DNA of 64,000 nucleotides from Paragordius varius. Its lineage: Eukaryota > Animalia > Nematomorpha. The stretch lies in NCBI GenBank assembly GCA_964247055.1, contig OZ176055.1, positions 3,720,001 through 3,784,000 of the forward strand, in the 5' to 3' direction. Under the pieces are notes generated by a model. It was not told where the DNA came from. It saw only the letters and a program-made list of their open reading frames with translations, and did no database searches. Positions 1 to 9,514 of the stretch are shown here, piece after piece. A program made the position numbers and the translations under genes. Positions within the stretch are counted from its first letter, which is position 1; each line of letters opens with the position of its first letter.

Positions 1-113
1 ATTAAAGATGGTAACTGGAAATTTTTTAGATAAAAAATGACTAAAGTGTTAAAGCAATTTTGAATTCTTCCTCGGGTAACTATTTTATTTTGGATTTCGT
101 AATAAGGGCGCGC

Positions 114-1624
114 TAATGTGACAAGATATGCTGTTTTTCGCAGTACAGTACTGGGTTTTCAGAAAAAAACTGCTCCTGTACTGCGTCCACTTTTGTACTG
201 CTTTTTGAAATTAAAAAAATATATTTTTTATGATTAGATATTAATTGCCTTTTATTTATTCAAAAAAAATATTTCATAATTTAATATAGTACCTCTGTAA
301 AATAACCCAATAATTTGTAAAGAAATGGTTCATTTTTAGGTAAAAAAACTAAGATTGCCCTGTTTTTAATTGGTTAATATTTTTTCTGCTAGAAATACAC
401 ATATAATTGATATTTAAATCGGTAAAACCTCTTATGATTGCAGCCTTTCCCGCTAGGCGAAACTAAATCTCGCACCGTAATAATTAGGCTAATGGCTCTT
501 TTACTCAAGGCTTTCGCAAAAAGATGTGCCTCAAAATTTAATAACAACATTAATTTATGATATTTTCATAAATGTTGGATCAAGTTTAGAAAGTTCATTT
601 TTTTGTTATAATAATATCAAACGGAAAATTATGTAAAAAATTATATTTCCATAACATATTATTTAAAATTTATTATATATTACATATGATTTCGAAATAA
701 CCTGTTTTCGTATTAAAAAATTAGGAGATTTTTACGTTTTCTATACTCATTAGGTAAGGGGTATGATATTTCTTAAATTTTTTCCTAAAATATAATTATT
801 TTTTTCTCATTTTTTTCCATAAACAAATTTGAGATATGTTGCAGCGTACTTCTAACGGTTTTGAAGCATGATAGACACGGTATAACGCTTTAAGATATAA
901 TAACCCTTTTTCTAAAATAATGTTGAACATTACTATAGTTTAGTATTTTAATTTAATGGTTTGTTTGCTTGCAAATTTTGGTGAATTTATTTGAAAAAAC
1001 AATAATTTAGAGTGAGAAAAAGGTACAGCATTATCGAATATATATATAAAATGTTATAACATGTCAACCCATTATATGGTTTCCTTCATGCTAAAAATAG
1101 TATATAGTACGCATCAACAAAATTTTGTTAAAAAATTAAATTTTTTGCATTTATTTAAGAATTATGATATCAAAATTTAGCATATATTTAGAATTATTGA
1201 ATGTCGGAATTTTTGTGTTTTCTTTAAGAGAACAGTCCATTAAGGTCAAAAAATTTGGGACTTTTAGAGCCACATCTAACAATTTAAAATTTTTACAAAT
1301 ATTGTTTTTCCTTTTATATGCAGTTTATAGTAGATTTTAGTGATATTTTTTGAAAAAAAGCATTTAGTATTTGAAAAAAATTGCCCACCTTTTGCAATTT
1401 TATACGGAGTACCTACCATAAAAGTGTAAATAATTCTTTAATAACTCATAAAGGTTGAAACCAAAAGCACCATAATAATCCTGATATTTTCCTATCAGAA
1501 TATATATTTTTCATCAGGATATTTTTTGTGGAAACTGTGTAATATACCACACCAATGGTGAGAAACGGGCAATGTATATTTTAATTTTGTACTGCGTCAA
1601 AGTTTAAAATATCTGGTCACATTA
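114..1624. mobile_element. Non-autonomous hAT-like DNA element with 16-bp TIRs
   Basis: TAATGTGACAAGATAT at 114 and ATATCTGGTCACATTA ending at 1624 are 15/16 inverted. They resemble the TAAGGTGACCAGAT end at 63217. No clean TSD and no ORF. Confidence 0.5.
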
Positions 1625-1714
1625 CCCTAGGGATGCCCCTATTTAGGAACGACATTAATATATATCTTGTCGATTTCATTTTTAAATTACTTACTAGCGT
1701 GAATCCTTGTATAA

Positions 1715-3850
1715 GGGTTTCTGCTCTCGAGGAACTTAATGTTTAGGCTAGCTTTCGATTCAAGGGCAAATATTTGTTTGGTTATAAGAACTCTCGTGTC
1801 TTAAATCAGTTATAGATGCCAAATGGACTAGTGCGAGAATGGCGCCTTAATCTGAAATTTTTTGGTCTTTTGATGATTCTTTTCAATCAAACATTCCGAG
1901 TTTTCTGATATCCCTCAAGACAATCGCTCAGCTGTTGTTTCTAACCTCAATTCTATTAACAAAAAGTTAAAGGATACTGAGCTACATCATTTTGCTTTGC
2001 AGGGTCGGGTGATGGAGTGCGTTGCTGATGATAAAGTCAATCACCACTTACAGTAATTGTTATTTTTTAATATCAAGAATTTTTTTTAATCTGTGTGGCA
2101 TTTTTTTATCCTTTGAAAAGTTGTTTTACAAGCATATAAAAAATAACACTTACATATATATTTAAATGTACATACATGTCCCTTTTCAGACATATATGAG
2201 AGATACATTAACGCAATATGTTCCCCTTCTCGCTACATATCTTATTAGATAAATGGTAACATTGCATATGGATGTGCCTACTTCGATAAAAAATTAGGTT
2301 TGATATATCATTTTTTTATAAAATTAGGTATTAATTAGTATGTTATGTGTTCTGCATACTTTGATTATTAATTTATAAGTTTGATATATTATTTTTTGTA
2401 AATATTAAGTTTTTATCAATTTAATATAGATGTAAGTTTGCCATCTACATTAGATTCAAACTATGGGAACACATTGATTCAGACTCCAGAGATTAAAAAA
2501 AGTCAGGAAAGATGCCATTTCAATGTGGAAGAATTGATTTAACTCAAATTCTTGAAAATTTTCAGCGCATTCATTTTCTTAAGTATTATGAGCACACCGA
2601 AAAAATTGTCAAAAATATTTGCTAAAATAAATTACCACTTATAAAATAATTATAAATGATATTATTTTACCATTTTTCGTCGACATTTCTTAGTTTAACT
2701 AATTTTAGGTGATATTAAATAATTTTTTAGGTTTTATATATATTTTTTTTTATAAAAAATTAAGTTTTTATCAATTAATTAAAAAATATTTCAGAAAATC
2801 ATAACTGATATCAAATAAGACTATAAAAAAATATATTTGAAATTAACATATAAATCGCTTATGTGCGTAATAAAACTTGTTTATACAAATTTAAATAATG
2901 ATTTGATTTTGCTGACTTTTTTTGAAAACATTATATCACCTAAAGTATGCAGAACACATAACATACTGATTAATACCTAATTTTATAAAAAAATGATATA
3001 TATAAAACCTAATTTTTTATCGAAGTAGGCACAACCATATGCAATGTTACCATTTCTCTAATAAGAAATGTAGCGAGAAGGGGAACATATTGCAATGTTA
3101 ATGTATCTCTCATATATGTGTACCGAAAAGGGACATGTATGTACATTTAAATATATATGTAAATGTTATTTTTTATATGCTTGTAAAACAACTTTTAAAA
3201 GGATAAAAAAATGCCACACAGATTAAAAAAAAAATTCTTGATATTAAAAAATAACAATTATTGTACATTACAATAATATGGACGATTTAAAGACTTCTAT
3301 TTCCCTACGAGCGCGACTCCATCTCCTACAAACAGATTGTCCCAGGACGTCTGAAAAAAATATGCCTTCGCTGTGGCAAGTCAAATATTAAGCACAAGTT
3401 CCAAATTATTGTTTCAAAGATGATAAACTGAAAGACACAACACATCATAGTGGACCTGATGAATAACCTCCCAGTCCTTAGTAAAAACTCTATTGATTCT
3501 TAGAAACTAAGCCCTGACCTCATTGTAACAATGGCACTGATTGCCTTATCATTGTTCCTATATTACCTTTTAAAAACAGGTGAAATCATTCGAACGGCTT
3601 TAAACAATAAAATAATGTATCAGTTGCAAAAGATCTACATCAAATACTCAAGTTATCCCTATTGTTGTAGGTCTTGGTACGCAAAAAACAACTTCCTTTG
3701 ACAAACTCAAGTTTTATTACCCTGCGCATCTCAAGAAATCACTTCTCACCAATACAATCAAATCTTGTGACATGTACCATATGTTTATGGGCGGTCGAAA
3801 TTCTCTCATAGACAACAAACCGAAACCCACTGCATTTATTTTATTTTTAT
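1715..3850 (+). pseudogene. Degraded RLE non-LTR retrotransposon 3' half (copy F), split by a MITE
   Basis: Remnant peptides KWTSARMA and QGRVMECVADDKVNH lie before 2050. RARLHLL, CLRCG, SPDLIV, VIPIVVG and CDMYHMFMGGRN lie after 3264. They are collinear with the intact ORF at 5285-9127. No U1 fragment follows this copy. Confidence 0.7.
2051..3263. mobile_element. Foldback MITE with long TIRs and TA target duplication (Tc1/mariner-type)
   Basis: Arms of ~350 bp (2051-~2420 vs ~2930-3263) are near-perfect inverted repeats. Ends read TA|CAGTAATTG...CAATTATTG|TA. It interrupts copy F. Confidence 0.8.
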
Positions 3851-5121
3851 ATGCACATTTCTTCATAATTTCTGAATTATTATATATTAAAAAAATTATA
3901 TTATTTGTGTAGGCATACTTTGCTAGTTTTCATATATAGCCAGATATAAAGCAAAGGGAATCAATTGATCTATAGTTATTTTTTAGCTTTTTACTGCTAT
4001 TAGCCAATAATATTCTTTAGTTTAAAATATATCCATAATATCCCCTTGTTTAATTAATGTAAAAATTAATCATGATTGAATACAGTTAACATGTATGATA
4101 TACATTTTTAATCATACCAAATTAAATTGTGGAGTTAAAATACATGTTTGCAATGAAATATTATGTTTTGATATAACAAGTTTCATTAGAAAATAACATA
4201 AATTTAATCAATTAAAAATCCTTGTTTTGTTTCCATTATTGTTTTATCCAGTAGTGTATGTTAAAAATTGTTGATAAAATACAGGCATAAAACAATGTTA
4301 TTTCATAAAAGAATAACAAAAATGTTTTTCTATGGATATGTGTACACACACTACATATATATGCTACTGTAAAGTCTTAAAACATACGGGAAAATCGTTT
4401 GATTTCAACCATCTATTGGTTGTTACCATAAGCCATTGTAAATATTTAAACCCCTTTTAATATATTTTTATCCAGTAGCGTAGAGTATAAGAATGCATGT
4501 CCATAATTTAATAAACAAAATATATGGTAAAACATAGAAAAAAATTGTTCGGTTTAAATCATTGTTTGTTACCATACGTTACTTATCAAGGAACTTATTT
4601 TACGGCATCCACATCATTTTATTTACCAACCTATAAGTAAATATTAATTATGGCTAACTTGCAAACAACGCCTATGTCTTTTCCCTAAACACTTTTATAA
4701 TAATTAATATAGAAAATATATGCTAAAAGACATATAATTTTAATCTCCCTTTAGGCCTAATTTACAGTCCATCCCTGTGATATTATTATAATATAAAAAA
4801 GCTAATTAAGTATATCCATCCTTACAATTTTTAACCAATCCATTTACGGAAAGACATGATATGTTGTTAAATATGATAGATTGTATATACATATTGATTC
4901 TAAGTATATATGCGCCCCCTATAGTTATATTATCCGATAAAAAACAGATATGTATATAATGATTAATAAATTGAGTGTAATTACATAAAAATATCTTTAT
5001 GATAGGAAAATTTTGGACATATATAACACCGTAATTAATTAAATATTGAAAGATTTTATAATTGGCCACTAGTGTGAGAATAAAAAATGAATTAATATAA
5101 AGCTGCGGTATTCCTACAAAA

Positions 5122-5138
5122 ATACTTACCTGGCGCGG
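5122..5138 (+). ncRNA. RNU1: U1 snRNA 5' end (nt 1-17), interrupted by retrotransposon insertion
   Basis: ATACTTACCTGGCGCGG is the canonical U1 5' end including the 5'-splice-site-pairing ACUUACCUG. GCGC (nt 12-15) is complementary to the GCGC before the Sm site in the 3' fragment at 9244-9387 (U1 closing helix). Confidence 0.85.
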
Positions 5139-8100
5139 AGCTCTGCCCAAATTTTATTTGATTTTCTGCCTCGCTTTTCAACTTTTTTTACCTTTTTTTG
5201 TTTAACCCTACACATTTCCTCTCAATCCAACTATTTAATCTCTTACAATTTTTTTAACATAATCCAAATTTATTTACCTATATTATGCCAAATGATCATT
5301 CGTCAGATGAGGAGGATAGCCTCAAACTGATAATTGATGAGGAACACTTCCCAAGATTACCCTTTAAGGCGTCTGAATCAACAGCAACCTCCACTCACAC
5401 ACATCACGATATTGGTCTACCACACGAAATTAGCCAACCAGAATCCATTAAAACACCCCATTCCCTAACACATAATCTATCCACAATATATTATAGTTCG
5501 ACGATCAACACAATAGCGGGATCTATGCCACCTACAATCTACACTACCTCAACTACTACGACTAGACCCGGTTTTGAAGCCGCTGCAATGTTCTTTGACG
5601 ATCAACCTTGCGATGACCACTCCTCCTCCGCACTACAGAACATAACCAACATACGTGCCAACAAACGCAAGGCCACGATAGACACATACAATACTAAAAT
5701 TAACAAAACTAATACGTCCATACTAGCTAACAACCCTTTAATGTTATTAAATCAACCTACACTAGATGACAACACCCTCACGTTTTATTTCCCAGTGCCA
5801 AATCATTTCAACTGCCCGCTAGTAACTTGCAAAGAAATATACCGAGGCAGATATTGGACGGCTCAAAAAAGATCGCTACTTCATCACTTAGCCAGAAAAC
5901 ATAATCTATTTCCAAGAATTATAAACCGCTGTTCCCCATGTAACATAATAATAGGAAGCTCTCCAAGCGATCACATTAGATACTGTGAAAACTGGCGAGC
6001 AAATCCACCAATGATTGAGTTCCCGTTTAAATGTCAGATATGTCAAATGTCCTTCCCCAAGAAATCAAACCTAACAGCCCACATGAGACTGCACGCAATC
6101 AAAACAAACCCTATTCCTAAAAAAGTGTCATACTACGACCTAAACTTCGACCCAACCATCAAACAACCGTTACAATTAAACCCGCCTCTTTCAAGCGTAA
6201 CTGTTATCCCCACCTCTGAAACCCAACTCACACAAGACGCATCCTTAGCTCTCCACCCTGACGTCCCTACCAGCAACAGATTCTCGGCACTCGTCAATCT
6301 TAACGACTTTGAAAATTCTCTAGATTATAATAATAATAATGTGACAAAACCAATAAAGTCCCAACAATCTAACAAGAACAACAACACTAATTCTAATACA
6401 CAAACAAATTATCCCCCATCACTGGACCAGCCGATCCCCAACAACAGGAGCTTACTAAAACTTGACTCCAACGCACTAATACAAAAAATCTGCGAAATTC
6501 ATAACACCCCAGATGAATGGAATAATTTTGAAACAATCTTAGCCGAAATAACGATACCATGTCCAGACCCTTCATCACATCCCCGCGGAGATATTCCCCG
6601 CAAACCTAACTACATACAGAACGTCTATAAGTTTAACCGCAAGAAAGCCATCCGACTAATCGTAGAAGGACCCCCCAAATACTGCAATATCGACAGTGAA
6701 ACGATTGAAAATTATTACATAAACAAAATTGGTAACACTCCGCCACTGGTTTTAGAACCAGTCACATTTGAGGGAGAAGAATTATTCGAGCTAGAGCCAT
6801 TTTCTCATTGTGAAATAAAAAAGAAATTATACAAGATGAATAACTCGTCCCCTGGTAATGATGGTATCACTTACAACACGTGGAAAAGATTAGACCCACA
6901 CTGCCTCCTCCTGGAGAAAATTTTCAACACGTGCATCAAATTTGGCAAGATCCCCTCGCATTGGAAAACCACAAAATCTATTCTAATCCCAAAGAAAAAT
7001 TCTGACCTTTCTATTATCAAAAACTGGCGTCCAATAGCCTTGTGCAACACAATATATAAAATATTTACGGCATTATTATCGGATAGAATCAATAATTACG
7101 CAAAACTTAACAACATATTTGACCCAGCACAGAAAGGTTTTATGCCATACGACGGATGCCTAGAACATAACTTCACAATCAGTTCCCGCATAAGGCATAG
7201 TAAAACACATAAAACACCTCTATTTATAACATGGCTGGACATCTCGGCCGCCTTTGATTCTGTTCCTCACAAATGTATTTCCGACTGCCTCCAGAAAATT
7301 GGCCTTAGTAGTAGTTTTACCAACCTTATCAGCGATATCTATAAAAACGCTGCTACCTCTTTCATGACTGGCAATGGTCACACCAAGCTAATAAATTTCA
7401 ACTCTGGCATCAAACAAGGGTGCCCACTATCCGGCACCCTGTTCAACCTCGTCATCAATGACACCCTGAAGTTCCTTAGATTAGACGGCCACGATGCGTT
7501 AGCATACGCTGACGACATATGCCTGATATCGATAGAACACCACAATCACCAACGCGCCATAAATTCAGTACAACAGTCACTGAGCAAGATTGGACTTCTT
7601 CTTAACCCACAAAAGTGTAATTCGCTCATCAGCCACAGCGATCAGACCCCATTCATAATAGACAGCTTGCCAATCAACATAATAAATGAAGCCGACACAA
7701 TCAATTTCCTTGGCAACCCAGTCGGCCTCCACTTTTACAAACAAATCCCTAACTGCGAATTAGTCGATAAAATCCAACAATCCAGTCTGAATCCCGCTCA
7801 AAAACTTGACGCAATAAAAACATTTTTCTACCCTACCCTTACACACATGCTCAGGCATAACCAGCTTAATTATAATATTAGCAACACAATCGATTACAAA
7901 ATATGTAAAGCAGTAAAACAAATCCTCGCAATCCCAAAAAGTGCGGCCAATAGTTACCTATTTGGTTCTCGCAGCAAAGGAGCATTAGGGCTTCCATTAA
8001 CAAAAGATGACATGAACATCTTCCGGATTGACTCGGCCTTCAAATTACTAACCAGCAACGACGAAGTGGTCCGGAACACCGCTGTTCATGAACTAAGTAA

Positions 8101-9243
8101 AACCGCAGGTAAGAGATTCAAACTCAACTCTCCGTCACATAGCGAGCTTGCTTCATTTCTATCAGGGGACAACCCACCCGACTCCATCAACAGAAACAAT
8201 GGGTTCGACAATGTATGGACCAAAGCCCGAATGGCTTCCAGAAGCCTCAAGGTCAGTTGGTCACTCGACCCAACGCCCTCAGTAGCGTTTAACAACATTA
8301 CAATCGATATAAAGAATCGACACAATGTAGTATCGCTCCTGCGCAAGTGGAAAAGAGATCATATCGACCGTGATCTTGAACACACGGCCTCGCAAGGAAA
8401 GGTGATGCAGTGTGTCGCACAACACAAAGCATCACATTTCTTCCTATACAACTTCCGAAACCTAAGATACAGGGACTGGAAGTTCATACACAAAGCAAGG
8501 CTTAACCTCCTACCCACAAAAAGCCAAAGGTTTGCCAATTCATATGATCGAAACTGCCGGAGATGCAACGAGCCCAACGAATCCACAGGCCATATTCTTG
8601 GGTTCTGTGCCAACAGCAGCCGCTTAATTAACTTGCGGCACGATAATATAGTACGTCACATCAAAGAAAACCTCCCATCCAATGCACGACTCATAGCCGA
8701 AAATCAAGCACTGGACTCGTCAAGACTTCGACCCGACCTTGTAGTGGCAGTTGGCAACAAGTGCATCATCATCGATCCAACTGTTACCTACGAGAACGGG
8801 CCTAACGCCCTAGACGAAGCACACAATATTAAGATAGAGAAGTATCGTCACCTCACAGTCTCACTTTCCGGCCAATTTGACGAGGTGTACATCATCCCAA
8901 TCGTCGTGGGCGCACTTGGGTCATGGCATTACAAAAATGAACGACTATTTGAAAATATAAACATGAAAAATAAGTCCGAGATGAGAAAGGATATAGTTAT
9001 CGACACTATTAAATTCTCCTCTGACATATTCTTTGAATTCACTAGTGGGAGAAACTATATCCCCTCTCTCTCGGAGACACCTACCTCCAACTTCATCCGG
9101 TCCAACAGCGAACCCGAAACACAATAATTGTCAATATTCCTATTTCTATATTTAATTCTAATGTGATCCTATATTTATATTTTTTTCAGCATTGTTTTTC
9201 TATATCCATTACATATATTTTTTTTACTAAAATAAATAAATAC
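5139..9243 (+). mobile_element. Full-length RLE-type non-LTR retrotransposon (NeSL/Utopia/R2-like), subfamily A, inserted in U1 snRNA
   Basis: It has a ~146-nt pyrimidine/AT-rich 5' UTR, a single long ORF, and a ~116-nt AT-rich 3' UTR ending AAATAAATAAATAC. It is flanked exactly by the two parts of U1. No TSD is visible. Confidence 0.93.
5285..9127 (+). CDS. Retrotransposon polyprotein: N-terminal zinc fingers, reverse transcriptase, CCHC knuckle, PD-(D/E)xK restriction-like endonuclease
   Basis: 1280 aa, uninterrupted. Zinc fingers: CPLVTC..HLARKH, CSPC..HIRYC, FKCQICQMSFPKKSNLTAHMRLH. RT motifs: SPGNDG, NWRPIALC, QKGF, DISAAFDSV, GIKQGCPLSG, AYADD. CCHC: CRRCNEPNESTGHILGFC. RLE: RHDNIV, LRPDLVV, IIDPTV..KIEKY. 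Confidence 0.96.
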   Translation: MPNDHSSDEEDSLKLIIDEEHFPRLPFKASESTATSTHTHHDIGLPHEISQPESIKTPHSLTHNLSTIYYSSTINTIAGSMPPTIYTTSTTTTRPGFEAAAMFFDDQPCDDHSSSALQNITNIRANKRKATIDTYNTKINKTNTSILANNPLMLLNQPTLDDNTLTFYFPVPNHFNCPLVTCKEIYRGRYWTAQKRSLLHHLARKHNLFPRIINRCSPCNIIIGSSPSDHIRYCENWRANPPMIEFPFKCQICQMSFPKKSNLTAHMRLHAIKTNPIPKKVSYYDLNFDPTIKQPLQLNPPLSSVTVIPTSETQLTQDASLALHPDVPTSNRFSALVNLNDFENSLDYNNNNVTKPIKSQQSNKNNNTNSNTQTNYPPSLDQPIPNNRSLLKLDSNALIQKICEIHNTPDEWNNFETILAEITIPCPDPSSHPRGDIPRKPNYIQNVYKFNRKKAIRLIVEGPPKYCNIDSETIENYYINKIGNTPPLVLEPVTFEGEELFELEPFSHCEIKKKLYKMNNSSPGNDGITYNTWKRLDPHCLLLEKIFNTCIKFGKIPSHWKTTKSILIPKKNSDLSIIKNWRPIALCNTIYKIFTALLSDRINNYAKLNNIFDPAQKGFMPYDGCLEHNFTISSRIRHSKTHKTPLFITWLDISAAFDSVPHKCISDCLQKIGLSSSFTNLISDIYKNAATSFMTGNGHTKLINFNSGIKQGCPLSGTLFNLVINDTLKFLRLDGHDALAYADDICLISIEHHNHQRAINSVQQSLSKIGLLLNPQKCNSLISHSDQTPFIIDSLPINIINEADTINFLGNPVGLHFYKQIPNCELVDKIQQSSLNPAQKLDAIKTFFYPTLTHMLRHNQLNYNISNTIDYKICKAVKQILAIPKSAANSYLFGSRSKGALGLPLTKDDMNIFRIDSAFKLLTSNDEVVRNTAVHELSKTAGKRFKLNSPSHSELASFLSGDNPPDSINRNNGFDNVWTKARMASRSLKVSWSLDPTPSVAFNNITIDIKNRHNVVSLLRKWKRDHIDRDLEHTASQGKVMQCVAQHKASHFFLYNFRNLRYRDWKFIHKARLNLLPTKSQRFANSYDRNCRRCNEPNESTGHILGFCANSSRLINLRHDNIVRHIKENLPSNARLIAENQALDSSRLRPDLVVAVGNKCIIIDPTVTYENGPNALDEAHNIKIEKYRHLTVSLSGQFDEVYIIPIVVGALGSWHYKNERLFENINMKNKSEMRKDIVIDTIKFSSDIFFEFTSGRNYIPSLSETPTSNFIRSNSEPETQ

Positions 9244-9387
9244 CAATCGTGATCATGAAGGCGATTGCCCTAGTTTGAGACGTGTCCATTGCACCTCGGC
9301 CACGTTGAAGACTACGATTGCCCCAAATGGGGGCAAGCCGAGCGCATAATTTCTGGTTGCTGGGCTCTGCGTACGCGCAGAAGCCCT
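9244..9387 (+). ncRNA. RNU1: U1 snRNA 3' part (nt ~19 to end), copy 1
   Basis: Stem-loop I CAATCGT-GATCATGAAG-GCGATTG (U1-70K loop), U1A loop CCATTGCAC, stem III GATTGCCCCAAATGGGGCAAGC, Sm site ATAATTTCTGG, and terminal hairpin GGGCTCTGCGTACGCGCAGAAGCCC. Order and spacing match metazoan U1. Confidence 0.95.
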
Positions 9388-9468
9388 TATATTTCTAATT
9401 GAAAATATAACTTCTCCATTCATTTCGTCCAAAATCTGGCGTTTAGTTCGGATAATTAACTTTAAAAA
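9388..9468 (+). repeat. U1 downstream flank shared by three U1 copies (also 13775-13950 and 16039-16210)
   Basis: Near-identical block TGAAAATATAACTTCTCCATTCATT..GTCCAAGATCTGGCGTTTAGTTCGGATAATTAACTTTAAAAA follows all three + strand U1 3' parts. Confidence 0.9.
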
Positions 9469-9512
9469 CCTTCATGATCACGATTTATTTTTTTTCATTA
9501 AAATAAAAATAT
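9469..9512 (-). repeat. Inverted stub: subfamily-A 3' tail joined to U1 nt ~20-38
   Basis: Reverse complement reads ..TATTTTTATTTTAATGAAAAAAAATA|AATCGTGATCATGAAGG. Confidence 0.75.
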
Positions 9513-9514
9513 AC

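Noticed and set aside
4806-5150. 114-aa minus-strand ORF overlapping the U1 5' end
   Set aside because: No ATG start, composition reflects AT-rich DNA, and it lies antisense over the U1 start and putative promoter.
5139-5284. HDV-like or hammerhead ribozyme in the element 5' UTR
   Set aside because: No nested double-pseudoknot pairing or CUGAUGA/GAAA core is visible by eye. A covariance search would be needed to exclude it fully.
6393-8613. Short minus-strand ORFs within the intact element (also those within B and the A-like fragments)
   Set aside because: They are antisense shadows of the retrotransposon ORF with no independent features.
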